Shown here one piece after another: positions 45,004-54,463 of a stretch of DNA of 64,000 nt. Origin of the DNA: a virus (lineage: Duplodnaviria; Caudoviricetes); the IMG/VR virus record IMGVR_UViG_3300022591_000002; one strand, given 5' to 3'. The notes under the pieces were generated by a model, which was not told the origin of the DNA, searched no databases, and saw only the letters and a program-made list of their open reading frames with translations. A program made the position numbers and the translations under genes. Numbering within the stretch: position 1 is the first letter of the stretch; every line of letters starts with the position of its first letter.

Positions 45004-45819
45004 TTAAAATGCGGAATTGTTCATACGCTCGGCCATTAGCCAAGGATCATTCCACGTGTCAACGTTTTCAATCTTTTGTACAGCATAAGGCTTGTTGCAG
45101 GCCTGGGCCACAGCAATACCCCACCCTGGTGTGCCGATTGTTTGTTGTGCGCCTGATACCCATGTAGCTAGGGTCCATACGCTGTCTGTAATAACTGTAT
45201 CACAGGTAATACCTGATGCTTCGACGAAACTGTTATATTCCTCTTGGGTACCTACGAACGTGGCGATCTTGTCGATGTTCTGTAGCTTCCACTGTGGGAA
45301 CTGTGTGCTTTCTTGCCAATTGCCACCGCATAGTACGATGGCCTTACCCATTGGACGTCCTACGTTAGCAGGAATGTCCAGCCAGCTTTTAAATCTACAG
45401 CTTTGCCACTGGGTCCAATGTATCTTCAGTACTTTACCAAAGCGGTCCATTGGGTGCATGTTAAATGTGTTGTCTTTGTCACGGGTATAGTCAATCTTAT
45501 CCAGGTCGTGTGTTACGATCTCGCCAGTCCATGGCTCGACGCTTTTAATCCACTTTTGATTCTGGGTAAGTTCACGGATGATGTCTAGGTCCTGCTCATC
45601 TAAGCGGCCACGCCATTCATTGCGAACTCCTACTCCGTTATAGTACAGGCCCTTGGCATTAAGAAATCCAAGTCCTACTCGTAAATGGCCACCACCCATA
45701 GCACGTACCCAGGCCAAGCTCTGGATAACTTCTAAGGGGGTACCTGAAATTTTAAATGTATTGGTATCTGAATAGATATCTCTAAAGTGCGGGTTGGTTG
45801 TGTATTTGAATTGTTCCAT
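45004..45819 (-). CDS. Glycosyltransferase-like protein (GT9-related)
   Basis: Parallels the 26391 protein (IKSVEPW.GE, FVGTQEEY, LATWVSGAQ..IG..GWGIAVAQ). Confidence 0.6.
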   Translation of the reverse strand: MEQFKYTTNPHFRDIYSDTNTFKISGTPLEVIQSLAWVRAMGGGHLRVGLGFLNAKGLYYNGVGVRNEWRGRLDEQDLDIIRELTQNQKWIKSVEPWTGEIVTHDLDKIDYTRDKDNTFNMHPMDRFGKVLKIHWTQWQSCRFKSWLDIPANVGRPMGKAIVLCGGNWQESTQFPQWKLQNIDKIATFVGTQEEYNSFVEASGITCDTVITDSVWTLATWVSGAQQTIGTPGWGIAVAQACNKPYAVQKIENVDTWNDPWLMAERMNNSAF

Positions 45820-45898
45820 ATGGGTATTTACGGCTCCGTCAGTTTGTGTTATACTAGTCTTGAGTATAACATAATTACTATAAAGGAGTCAATAGACA

Positions 45899-46099
45899 AT
45901 GTTAAAACCAAATAAAACTTTCAAGCTCGCTAAACAAAGCAAACGATTCATGGCAACATTTATCGATCCTGTACAGCGCAATGCTTACAAGAACGCCATG
46001 ATCCAAGCGCAACTACAAAGCGAAATTGTACCAAAGCGTGAAGCTAAGAAACCACGTGGTAATTATCCAGATACTCAAACAGATAGCTCTGTAGAATAA
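45899..46099 (+). CDS. Small basic hypothetical protein
   Basis: AAGGAG RBS. Confidence 0.65.
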   Translation: MLKPNKTFKLAKQSKRFMATFIDPVQRNAYKNAMIQAQLQSEIVPKREAKKPRGNYPDTQTDSSVE

Positions 46100-46244
46100 A
46101 ACCCTATATAATCAGCAAAACGGGCCGTTTTAGGCCTGTTTTTGTTTCATATGGATCATATGAGCTAACTAAAACTACGATCTTTACATTATTAAAGGAT
46201 TAACACACAGACAGTAGTAATTAAACAATAAGGAGGACAGCGAT

Positions 46245-46952
46245 ATGTCTAAAATACACAGAGCATTAACTGTGCTATTAGCATTAGCGGCCCTGACTGT
46301 AATGGCACCCAGTCAAGCCGAGACCCCGACTAAAGAGGGTCAACAATATGTATTAGCTTATAACATCTATGATGATGCTACTAGCAAAATACAATCAACA
46401 GTGGATACGATTATGTCACCAATCGTTAATCCCAAAGAACTAGCTTGTCTAGCCCGCAACATATTTTTTGAAGCAGGCAACGAATCCGAAGAAGGCAAGG
46501 TAGCTGTAGGGTTAGTAACTATCAACCGTACTCAGGATGGACGCTTTGCGAAAACCATCTGTGGTGTAGTTGAACAGAAGCTGACTCGCGATATTCCCAA
46601 GAATCAAATAGTCAAAGTTGAAAAGACCAATTGGATTGGGCAAAAGAGGGTAGAGACAGAACAACATACTGTCTGGAGCAAACTTAGTATCTGCCAGTTC
46701 AGCTGGCGTTGTATGTTTGTTAAGAACCCTAAGAGTACAGATGAACGCTGGGTAGAAAGCCAACGTATTGCACAGGAACTGTTAGCTAATGACATGACCT
46801 ACAGTGATTGGCGTACCAAGTATTCTAGTGCTTTATACTTCCATGCCACTGGCATTAGACCATCCTGGGCCAAACAAAAAGAATGGCTGGGTCGTGTAGG
46901 TGGACATTTCTTTTACGCAGATAAGGAAGATGCTCGTTACGCTAAATACTAG
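46245..46952 (+). CDS. Cell-wall hydrolase, SleB/Hydrolase_2 family (second copy)
   Basis: Signal peptide; CLARNIFFEAG, AVGLVTINR, CQFSW, YFHA, GGHFFY. Confidence 0.85.
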   Translation: MSKIHRALTVLLALAALTVMAPSQAETPTKEGQQYVLAYNIYDDATSKIQSTVDTIMSPIVNPKELACLARNIFFEAGNESEEGKVAVGLVTINRTQDGRFAKTICGVVEQKLTRDIPKNQIVKVEKTNWIGQKRVETEQHTVWSKLSICQFSWRCMFVKNPKSTDERWVESQRIAQELLANDMTYSDWRTKYSSALYFHATGIRPSWAKQKEWLGRVGGHFFYADKEDARYAKY

Positions 46953-46953
46953 T

Positions 46954-47208
46954 ATGCGAGCAACAGAATTTATCACTGAAAAGAAACTCAAAGCCCCCAC
47001 TCGTAGCCAATGCTCGGTGGGGCACTCACGTTTGAGTAATGTACGTTACAGCCAATGTGTCAGCAGAGGTTACATTGCACACGATTCAGATCACACAGAT
47101 GGATCTGGTACACAAGGTAAGAAAGGTAGTGGTAAGCCTTTACGTGGTAAGAAAGTTAAAACAGCTCCAAATGGCCCCGTTCGTAACTACGGCGGCGATC
47201 ATAGTTAA
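46954..47208 (+). CDS. Small basic protein with capsid-targeting-like N-terminus
   Basis: MRATEFITE; ATG 5 nt after TAAATA. Confidence 0.6.
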   Translation: MRATEFITEKKLKAPTRSQCSVGHSRLSNVRYSQCVSRGYIAHDSDHTDGSGTQGKKGSGKPLRGKKVKTAPNGPVRNYGGDHS

Positions 47209-47531
47209 ACTCTAAAACTTTCCCCGCATCCACATCGATCACGCTCGTTAGGATTTTGAAATTCAAATCCTTCATTAAGTCCGTTGCGAACCCAATCTAT
47301 AGTCATACCGTCCATATAGGCAAGACTCTTGGCATCTACTAGCACACAAAAGTCAGGCTGTGCAAAATTGGTAATACCGGCTTCTCCCTTGTACTCGTCT
47401 ACATACTCTAGTGTATAAGCCAATCCAGAACATCCTGTAGTCTTGACACCCAATTGGATACCTACACCTTTACCACGTTTGGTTAACAGGTTCTTTATTT
47501 TTTTGGTAGCTTGCTCTGTAATTGTAATCAT
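47205..47531 (-). CDS. iscA: Fe-S cluster assembly protein IscA (HesB family)
   Basis: GVKTTGCSGLAY, FQNPN..DRCGCGESF. Confidence 0.92.
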   Translation of the reverse strand: MITITEQATKKIKNLLTKRGKGVGIQLGVKTTGCSGLAYTLEYVDEYKGEAGITNFAQPDFCVLVDAKSLAYMDGMTIDWVRNGLNEGFEFQNPNERDRCGCGESFRV

Positions 47532-47583
47532 GTTATTATTTACGTGTAAATATGACTATTATTATAGCATCTGGAGAAGTACT

Positions 47584-47904
47584 ATGAAAAAACTTTTGGC
47601 AACATTTATTCTATGTGCTGGCATGGGTAGCTGTGCAGTAGCACACGCCGATGGCTGGCGTCACGGAGGCGGTCACTATGTTTATCGGCCTAACTATGGT
47701 TGGGTAGCTCCTATAGTAGTTGGCGGCATAATTGGGTATGAGATTAATCGAGCCCAACAGCAACCTAATGTCGTTGTTGTACAGCCTCAACCAGTATACC
47801 CTCCTCCATCACCTCCTTATTGGCCACAGCCAGCAGACTATCATTGGGAAGCTATCCTAGATGCTAACTGTAACTGCTATAGAACTGTATTGGTACACAA
47901 CTAA
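47584..47904 (+). CDS. Exported Pro-rich protein
   Basis: Signal peptide MKKLLATF..AHA; GGAG RBS. Confidence 0.65.
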   Translation: MKKLLATFILCAGMGSCAVAHADGWRHGGGHYVYRPNYGWVAPIVVGGIIGYEINRAQQQPNVVVVQPQPVYPPPSPPYWPQPADYHWEAILDANCNCYRTVLVHN

Positions 47905-48950
47905 TGAAGATAAGCAAGATCCCCGGACTAGGTCGGTTTGGAGTGTTTATTGATGATGTTGACTTTGCATCAATGACTCCTGACCTGTGGAATGAAATTG
48001 GCAATATACATTTAAACAGTCTAGTCACTATATTGCGAAATGTTAAACTTGATGTTCGTTCGTATGTCAAGTGGATGAAGCAGTGGGGTCATCCAAGTTC
48101 AAATAAGTTTTACGAAATACAACACAGATACAACATTGAGTATCCATTTCAAATTATAGGAAAGACTGAAGTTAACGGAGTACCAGTTGATCCTGTAGAT
48201 GAAGAATGGGCACACGGCATATTTAGAATGTTAGCCCCAGACGAACACGGCATGCCAACATCGGCAATGATGGTAACTGGCAAACGTGATAAAGATGGAA
48301 ACCCGTTAGGCATGTTTGCTGATGGTGAGCTATTATGGCATAGTAACGAATCGGGACAGTTAGCATTTGCTCCTGGTGTTGCCCTGTTAGGTGAGTCAGG
48401 AGTTGTTGGAAGTTCTACAGGGTTTGTAACAACAACAGATTGGTACGAAAAACAAACAGAAAGTTTTCGCAGTGAACTAGATGAAATGATTATAGTTCAC
48501 AAGTTTACTCCAGGAAGAATCAATCCAGGATTACCCGAGCATCAAGACAAAATTATGTTTCATAATATGTGTCCAACTCCTAACGAGTTGCCACTGGTTA
48601 TTCAAAGTCCTGCTGGTATAAAAGGATTACATTATAGTATTAACACAATTGATTCTATTAAAGGAATGACCAAAGAAGAATCACAACAAGTATTTGATGT
48701 TATAAACAAAGGCCTGTTCACAGATGAACATACCTACGATCACTGGTATGCTCAAGATAATGATCTTTGTTTGTTTGACAACAGTATTACACTACACAGA
48801 AGATTAGGTGGCATTACTAATAGAATGTGTTACCGCATACAATATGCGTTTAGCAAACTTGCTCCTGATTATAATCCATACTTTCAAAAAATGTATGCAG
48901 ACGAGTATGCTAATAGAATAACAGACATGGCTAAATTAGTCATAACATAA
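47904..48950 (+). CDS. TauD/TfdA-like Fe(II)/2OG dioxygenase
   Basis: LLWHSNES; HYWY..DLCLFDNSITLHRR-type C-terminus (DHWYAQDNDLCLFDNSITLHRR). Confidence 0.75.
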   Translation: MKISKIPGLGRFGVFIDDVDFASMTPDLWNEIGNIHLNSLVTILRNVKLDVRSYVKWMKQWGHPSSNKFYEIQHRYNIEYPFQIIGKTEVNGVPVDPVDEEWAHGIFRMLAPDEHGMPTSAMMVTGKRDKDGNPLGMFADGELLWHSNESGQLAFAPGVALLGESGVVGSSTGFVTTTDWYEKQTESFRSELDEMIIVHKFTPGRINPGLPEHQDKIMFHNMCPTPNELPLVIQSPAGIKGLHYSINTIDSIKGMTKEESQQVFDVINKGLFTDEHTYDHWYAQDNDLCLFDNSITLHRRLGGITNRMCYRIQYAFSKLAPDYNPYFQKMYADEYANRITDMAKLVIT

Positions 48951-48962
48951 GGAACATACAAT

Positions 48963-49346
48963 ATGGCATACTCAGATAAAGTAATCGATCACTATGAAAA
49001 CCCACGCAACGTGGGTAGTTTTGGCAAGGACGAAGCAGGTGTAGGCACTGGTATGGTAGGAGCACCGGCCTGCGGTGACGTAATGAAACTACAAATCAAA
49101 GTTAGCCCTGAAGGTATCATAGAAGACGCTAAGTTCAAGACGTATGGGTGTGGTTCAGCTATTGCCAGTTCAAGCCTAGTAACAGAGTGGGTCAAGGGTA
49201 TGCATATTGACGAAGCCCAGAAACTCAAGAACTCAGACATTGCAACAGAACTTGCGCTACCACCCGTAAAGATTCACTGTTCAATTCTTGCAGAAGATGC
49301 AATCAAAGCCGCAGTAGCGGACTATAAGGCAAAGCATGGCAACTAA
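48963..49346 (+). CDS. iscU: Fe-S cluster scaffold IscU
   Basis: MAYSDKVIDHYENPRNVG, GAPACGD, FKTYGCGSAIASSS, LPPVKIHC. Confidence 0.95.
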   Translation: MAYSDKVIDHYENPRNVGSFGKDEAGVGTGMVGAPACGDVMKLQIKVSPEGIIEDAKFKTYGCGSAIASSSLVTEWVKGMHIDEAQKLKNSDIATELALPPVKIHCSILAEDAIKAAVADYKAKHGN

Positions 49347-50124
49347 AATATTAATTATGGGTCTACCTGGTGCAGGTAAGACTACACTAGCAGAAGCGTT
49401 ACGTGAACGCCTGTGGCAAGAAGGGCGCACAGTAAGTTGGTTTAATGCAGACGAAGTTCGTAAACAATATAACGATTGGGATTTCAGTCACGAAGGCCGT
49501 ATCCGTCAAAGTAAGCGCATGGACGAATTAGCCACAGCCACAACTACTGATTATGTTATTGCAGACTTTGTTGCTCCTTTAGTTGAAATGCGTAACAACT
49601 TTAAAGCAGACTGGACTATCTGGGTAGATACTATTCGTGAAGGTCGTTATGCTGATACAAACAAGGCTTTTATTGAGCCTGAGATCTACGACTTCCGTGT
49701 TATAGAACAAGATGCAGAAAAGTGGGCAGACTTTATTGTTAACCATATTATTGACGATCGCCGTCGTCCAACATTTGATTGGCGTAAAGAAACAGTACAG
49801 ATGTTAGGACGTTGGCAACCTTGGCATGATGGTCATCGTGCCCTATTTGAGCGCCTGTTGGCCAAGACAGGACAAGTTGTTATTCAAGTACGTGATGTAC
49901 AGGGCTGGCAAGATAGCAATCCATTTAACTTCTTTGATGTTGTTAAGTTTATTAAACGTGACTTAGATCCATTGTACCAAGGACAGTATGAGATACAGTT
50001 AGTTCCTAACATTGTACACATTGGCTGGGGTCGTGGTGTAGGATATACAGCAGGTGAGGAAACATTTGATGATAAAATCACTGATATTAGTGCTACAAAA
50101 ATTCGCAAACAATTGGGTATCTGA
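49336..50124 (+). CDS. APS-kinase (CysC)-like domain fused to an HxGH nucleotidyltransferase domain
   Basis: GLPGAGKTT, NADEVR, DFSHEGR; C-terminal GRWQPWHDGH. Confidence 0.75.
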   Translation: MATKILIMGLPGAGKTTLAEALRERLWQEGRTVSWFNADEVRKQYNDWDFSHEGRIRQSKRMDELATATTTDYVIADFVAPLVEMRNNFKADWTIWVDTIREGRYADTNKAFIEPEIYDFRVIEQDAEKWADFIVNHIIDDRRRPTFDWRKETVQMLGRWQPWHDGHRALFERLLAKTGQVVIQVRDVQGWQDSNPFNFFDVVKFIKRDLDPLYQGQYEIQLVPNIVHIGWGRGVGYTAGEETFDDKITDISATKIRKQLGI

Positions 50125-50132
50125 GTACGAAG

Positions 50133-50339
50133 ATGAGCGACTCAGCTGTAAGAAGTCTAGCCAAAGCAGTTAGTTGGCGAGTAACAGGAACTATAGATAC
50201 CTTTATCATTAGCTGGTTGATTACGGGTCAAGCCTTACTAGCCAGCGGAATTGCATTTACAGAAATTATGACAAAAATATTATTATTCTGGGCTCACGAA
50301 AGAGTATGGAATAAAATTAGTTGGGGGAAGGATGACTAA
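50133..50339 (+). CDS. DUF2061-like small membrane protein
   Basis: RSLAKAVSWR...HERVWNKISWG. Confidence 0.75.
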   Translation: MSDSAVRSLAKAVSWRVTGTIDTFIISWLITGQALLASGIAFTEIMTKILLFWAHERVWNKISWGKDD

Positions 50340-52032
50340 ACGTATTACTACTCTTGCGTTTAGTATGGCTTTAACTACAGATTACAATTTCCCTTACGTA
50401 CACATACTATTCAAACAGCATTACAAAGTCTTTGGAAAATACCCTGAACAATACGAATGGGTAGATCCGGATTATCTTACGCAAGATATAGAACCTTCTA
50501 TTGTTGCTGATTGGGTTGTTGATAATAAAATTGATATTGTGTTTGCAAGTATGTACTTGTGGAATCATCAATATACTCACATGATCCTTAAAGAAATTAA
50601 GGAACGTAATCCAAACATAACAATCATTGCAGGCGGCCCTCATGTCTTTGGCAATGATCCTGTGTACTTTGAAGAACACCCTTGGGTTGATATCGTTTCA
50701 GATGCTAAAGTATACGGCGAAGCATTCATTGTTGATTATCTTAACGGCAATGAACTAGCTGACGTTACAGGAGCAATTTGGGCAACTGGCAAAAGTAATA
50801 AAAAATTTAACATACGAGATTTTGAATGGGCTCCTAGAGTCTATGCTGACAATATTGACTATGTCAAGAAAGTCATTGCAATGGCTAAATCAGCTTCGAT
50901 GCCAGCCGTAGTTGGATTTGCTATTGAAACTAGTAGAGGATGCCCATTTGCCTGTACCTTCTGTGAGTGGGGTGGCGGCATTGCTACCAAGATGAGTAAA
51001 AAAGATCTAGCCGATGTTAAAGCAGATGTTGCGGCGTTAATATCTGCTAAGGCAGAACGATTCCATATATGTGATAGCAACTTTGGTTTTTGGGACGAAG
51101 ATGTAGCTCTGCTCAAACAAATTGCGGCATCTAATAGAATTGTAGGGTTTCCTAAAGTTGTTACTATCTATGGATGGAGTAAGAATAATAACAAGCGCCA
51201 TTATGAAATGTGTAAGATAATGGCCAACTCAACTATCGAAGGCTTCTATTATGCTCTAAGCATACAAGGGCTGAACGAGTTAACATTACAACAAATTAAA
51301 CGATCTGATTCGCCACTAGAAGATAGATGGGCATTAGCTAGAAAGATATCACAAGACTTCAAAACAAAAGTTCACGTTGAAATCCTAATGGGATTACCGG
51401 GTGACAAATTAGTTGACTATTATAAGATTTTAAACAAACGACATGAATTAGATGCGTTCTCTCATTATGTCTGGATGTTGTTACCAAACACCGAAGCCCA
51501 TACAAAAGAGTACAGAGAAAAGTACAGTCTTAAAACAGCATGGGCGCATAATGTACAACCTAGCTTCATAAAACACAAAGGTCAAAAGATTAACAAAGAA
51601 CTAACGGCCGCTCATGCAAAAAACAGATACGAATATGTAGTTGGCAGTTATTCTTTAGATCCAGAAGAGTGGCTAGAAGTATTCATGCTTGAACGGTTGT
51701 ATAATACAGCAAAGAAGCATACAATAGTATGGCCAGTGTTAGAAGCAAAGCGTGTTCAACTAGGACTTCATCCAAGCGTGTTTTGGAAAAAGATCATGCG
51801 TAACTTTAATAAAATAGATAGTCCAGAGTGGAAGTCTATATGGGAAGACATGTGGCCAAAAATACATAAAATGGTTGAGCCATTACAACCTGGAGAAATC
51901 AGGTACATGGGATCAGCAGGTATTGAAGATGGACACTCTGTGCATCTAAGTGATGTTGCTATTATGTTTTTTGAAAAGTACACAGACAAGTTGTTAGCAT
52001 TAGTTGAACAGGATCAGGAAGGATTACAATGA
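50332..52032 (+). CDS. B12-binding-domain-type radical SAM enzyme
   Basis: N-terminal SMYLWN...IIAGGPH; ETSRGCPFACTFCEW; ICDSNFG. Confidence 0.85.
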   Translation: MTKRITTLAFSMALTTDYNFPYVHILFKQHYKVFGKYPEQYEWVDPDYLTQDIEPSIVADWVVDNKIDIVFASMYLWNHQYTHMILKEIKERNPNITIIAGGPHVFGNDPVYFEEHPWVDIVSDAKVYGEAFIVDYLNGNELADVTGAIWATGKSNKKFNIRDFEWAPRVYADNIDYVKKVIAMAKSASMPAVVGFAIETSRGCPFACTFCEWGGGIATKMSKKDLADVKADVAALISAKAERFHICDSNFGFWDEDVALLKQIAASNRIVGFPKVVTIYGWSKNNNKRHYEMCKIMANSTIEGFYYALSIQGLNELTLQQIKRSDSPLEDRWALARKISQDFKTKVHVEILMGLPGDKLVDYYKILNKRHELDAFSHYVWMLLPNTEAHTKEYREKYSLKTAWAHNVQPSFIKHKGQKINKELTAAHAKNRYEYVVGSYSLDPEEWLEVFMLERLYNTAKKHTIVWPVLEAKRVQLGLHPSVFWKKIMRNFNKIDSPEWKSIWEDMWPKIHKMVEPLQPGEIRYMGSAGIEDGHSVHLSDVAIMFFEKYTDKLLALVEQDQEGLQ

Positions 52033-52763
52033 TAGGAATTATTGGGTATGGTATGGTTGGTAAAGCAGTTGAGTATGGATTTAAAAATACTCAAGTGATT
52101 GTGTCTGACCCTGCGTATGGAATAACAGACATTGTTGATGTTGTCCAAGCTGATCCAGAAGTTATATTTGTATGTGTTCCTACTCCTACAGATGACGACA
52201 AATATAGTTTGTTACGTGGCGTCCTTAAGGATATAAAGCAAACAGGCTATACAGGATTGATTGTTGTAAAGAGTACAGTATTACCGCAGTACATAGAAGA
52301 TTTTGATGTATTATACAATCCTGAGTTTCTAAGCAGAGCAACAGCTAACACAGACTTTACTAATCCTCCTATGTTGATCATAGGTGGTGATCCAATCAAA
52401 GCAAAAGAGTTACTGTCAATATATAAAAAGTATTCAACTGTGGTAACAGACAAAGTATTCATTACAGATATTAAAACTGCTAGCCTAGCCAAATATGCAA
52501 TGAATAGTTTTTACGCTACCAAGGTTACATTTATGAATCAAATGTACGAAGTAGCAGAACAAGTTGGTGCAGACTGGAACAGCGTAACTAATATCTTAAA
52601 AGAACATCCTTGGATGGGAACACATCACTTTGCTGTGCCCGGACCAGATGGTAGCAGAGGATTTGGTGGCCCTTGCTTGCCTAAAGACACAGAAGCATTA
52701 GTTAAAGAGTTTGATGTTGAGTTATTAAGAACTGTACTAGAAATAAACAAAAATTACAGATAA
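52029..52763 (+). CDS. ugd: UDP-glucose/GDP-mannose dehydrogenase (short form)
   Basis: GYGMVG, FVCVPTP, KSTVLP, NPEFL, KYAMNSFYATK, GFGGPCLPKD. Confidence 0.9.
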   Translation: MIGIIGYGMVGKAVEYGFKNTQVIVSDPAYGITDIVDVVQADPEVIFVCVPTPTDDDKYSLLRGVLKDIKQTGYTGLIVVKSTVLPQYIEDFDVLYNPEFLSRATANTDFTNPPMLIIGGDPIKAKELLSIYKKYSTVVTDKVFITDIKTASLAKYAMNSFYATKVTFMNQMYEVAEQVGADWNSVTNILKEHPWMGTHHFAVPGPDGSRGFGGPCLPKDTEALVKEFDVELLRTVLEINKNYR

Positions 52764-53296
52764 GTTTTACTACGCTCTGCAATCAATTTTGCTTGTCGTC
52801 TGTAGTCGTCAAAGTCAAACCCTGTAGGTGTAATCTTTTCAACTGAAACCATAATTCTTAATTTGTCAGGATCAATATTGAATACTGAATGTGGGCTCTT
52901 AACATCTATAGTATGCCACACACCTTTTGGTATAACATGATCCTCAATAATCTCGCTATTGTTGTCAATGCTAGTGTGCCACGCAGTATGAGTTTCGCCA
53001 CCTGTTTCAATTAAAAAACTTGTTACTGATTCTATTCCAGAATCGACGTGCGGCGGAAACACATTCTTAATTGTTCTAACGTGCAATTTATAAATTGGGC
53101 CCAGATCAAAGTATTGTTTGATCCATGTCTCTAATTGTTTTGGAGGATTGTATATGCAAAAATTATCAAATATGTCACCAAAGCCAGACACATTATCGTT
53201 ACCAATTACAGTTTTAGCTAACTCTTGTAAGTGTACTGGTAATGCAGGTATTTCCGGATGGTATGTAACGAATCGACTATTTTCCATTGACTTCAT
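52754..53296 (-). CDS. Cupin/dioxygenase-like protein
   Basis: PPHVDSG, WHTIDVKSPHSV, LRIMVSV. Confidence 0.55.
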   Translation of the reverse strand: MKSMENSRFVTYHPEIPALPVHLQELAKTVIGNDNVSGFGDIFDNFCIYNPPKQLETWIKQYFDLGPIYKLHVRTIKNVFPPHVDSGIESVTSFLIETGGETHTAWHTSIDNNSEIIEDHVIPKGVWHTIDVKSPHSVFNIDPDKLRIMVSVEKITPTGFDFDDYRRQAKLIAERSKTYL

Positions 53297-53356
53297 TCCT
53301 AATGTATGTTAATATTTAATCTATAAATACCTTTATAACAACAAATATGGACAACT

Positions 53357-54463
53357 ATGGTAATTGATCTTAATGTAACCAGCACGTGCAACCTAGCATG
53401 TACCTACTGCTCCGAAGGATATGAGTGCGGATTATCCACCGCCTATGAAGAAAATACAGAAGTAACACTAGACGACATTGAAGAATTCATGTCAAAGATT
53501 GATGACCCAAAACGTGACATTTACTTTTGGGGTGGCGAGCCTTTTGTTAACTGGGAATTCTGTCGCGGTGTTATGGAGAAGTATAAAGACAATCCAAACT
53601 ACAGCTTCTTCTTTTATACCAACGGCGTATACCTAAAGAAATACCTAAAAGAACTTGTACGCTTTCATGAAGCAATGCCAGATCGTTTGAAGATACAGGT
53701 TTCATATGATGGCAAACCTGTTAATGATTTAACACGCTTTGACAAAGCAGGCAATCCCAGTTCTGCAATGGTTAAGAGCAACTACAAGGCCGCTAAAGAA
53801 GCAGGCCTTAATGTTAAAATGAAATCAGTGTTACCTGCAGAACACTTTGATAAAATTTACGAAGCATTCTTAGATGTTATCTCAATGAACGATAACTACT
53901 TCCCAACACCAGACTTATACTCACAGTTAACAGAGGAAGAGTTTGCTCCTAGATTAGAAGTATTGAAACAAGGTCTAGCTAAGATCGCCAAGCACATCTA
54001 TACACATAAGCTACCTCCTGAAAAGTTTGGTTGGTTTATGCAAAGTCGTGCTCTATGCTCCTCTGGTATTAATTATGTATCAGTAGACTTAAACGGAGAC
54101 ATCAGTCCATGTCACGGTTGCATGTACAAAGAGTCACATGCACACGTTATGGGCAATATTTTAAAGACTCCAGACATTGATGCACTGATTAAAGAAAAGA
54201 CAGAAATGTACAAAGGTGCTTTAGCCAATCAACCTTTAATGTGTCAATCATGTGATAGCCAATTTTGTATGAAGTGCAATAGTGCTACTTACGAAAAAAG
54301 CGAAAAAGAAACATATCTTGAAAAATGGTCTGATCACACAAGTAATTGGCAAGTGTGCAAGGTATTCAAAACTAACGAAATTGTCCATCACGCATTGCGC
54401 ACCGCTCTTAAGACTTACAAGAAACCTAAGTTTGAAATTAAAGCGGAACAATGTAGCCTATGA
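53357..54463 (+). CDS. Radical SAM/SPASM enzyme 1
   Basis: CNLACTYC, WGGEP; SPASM CSSG..GDISPCHGC and CQSCDSQFCMKC. Confidence 0.9.
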   Translation: MVIDLNVTSTCNLACTYCSEGYECGLSTAYEENTEVTLDDIEEFMSKIDDPKRDIYFWGGEPFVNWEFCRGVMEKYKDNPNYSFFFYTNGVYLKKYLKELVRFHEAMPDRLKIQVSYDGKPVNDLTRFDKAGNPSSAMVKSNYKAAKEAGLNVKMKSVLPAEHFDKIYEAFLDVISMNDNYFPTPDLYSQLTEEEFAPRLEVLKQGLAKIAKHIYTHKLPPEKFGWFMQSRALCSSGINYVSVDLNGDISPCHGCMYKESHAHVMGNILKTPDIDALIKEKTEMYKGALANQPLMCQSCDSQFCMKCNSATYEKSEKETYLEKWSDHTSNWQVCKVFKTNEIVHHALRTALKTYKKPKFEIKAEQCSL

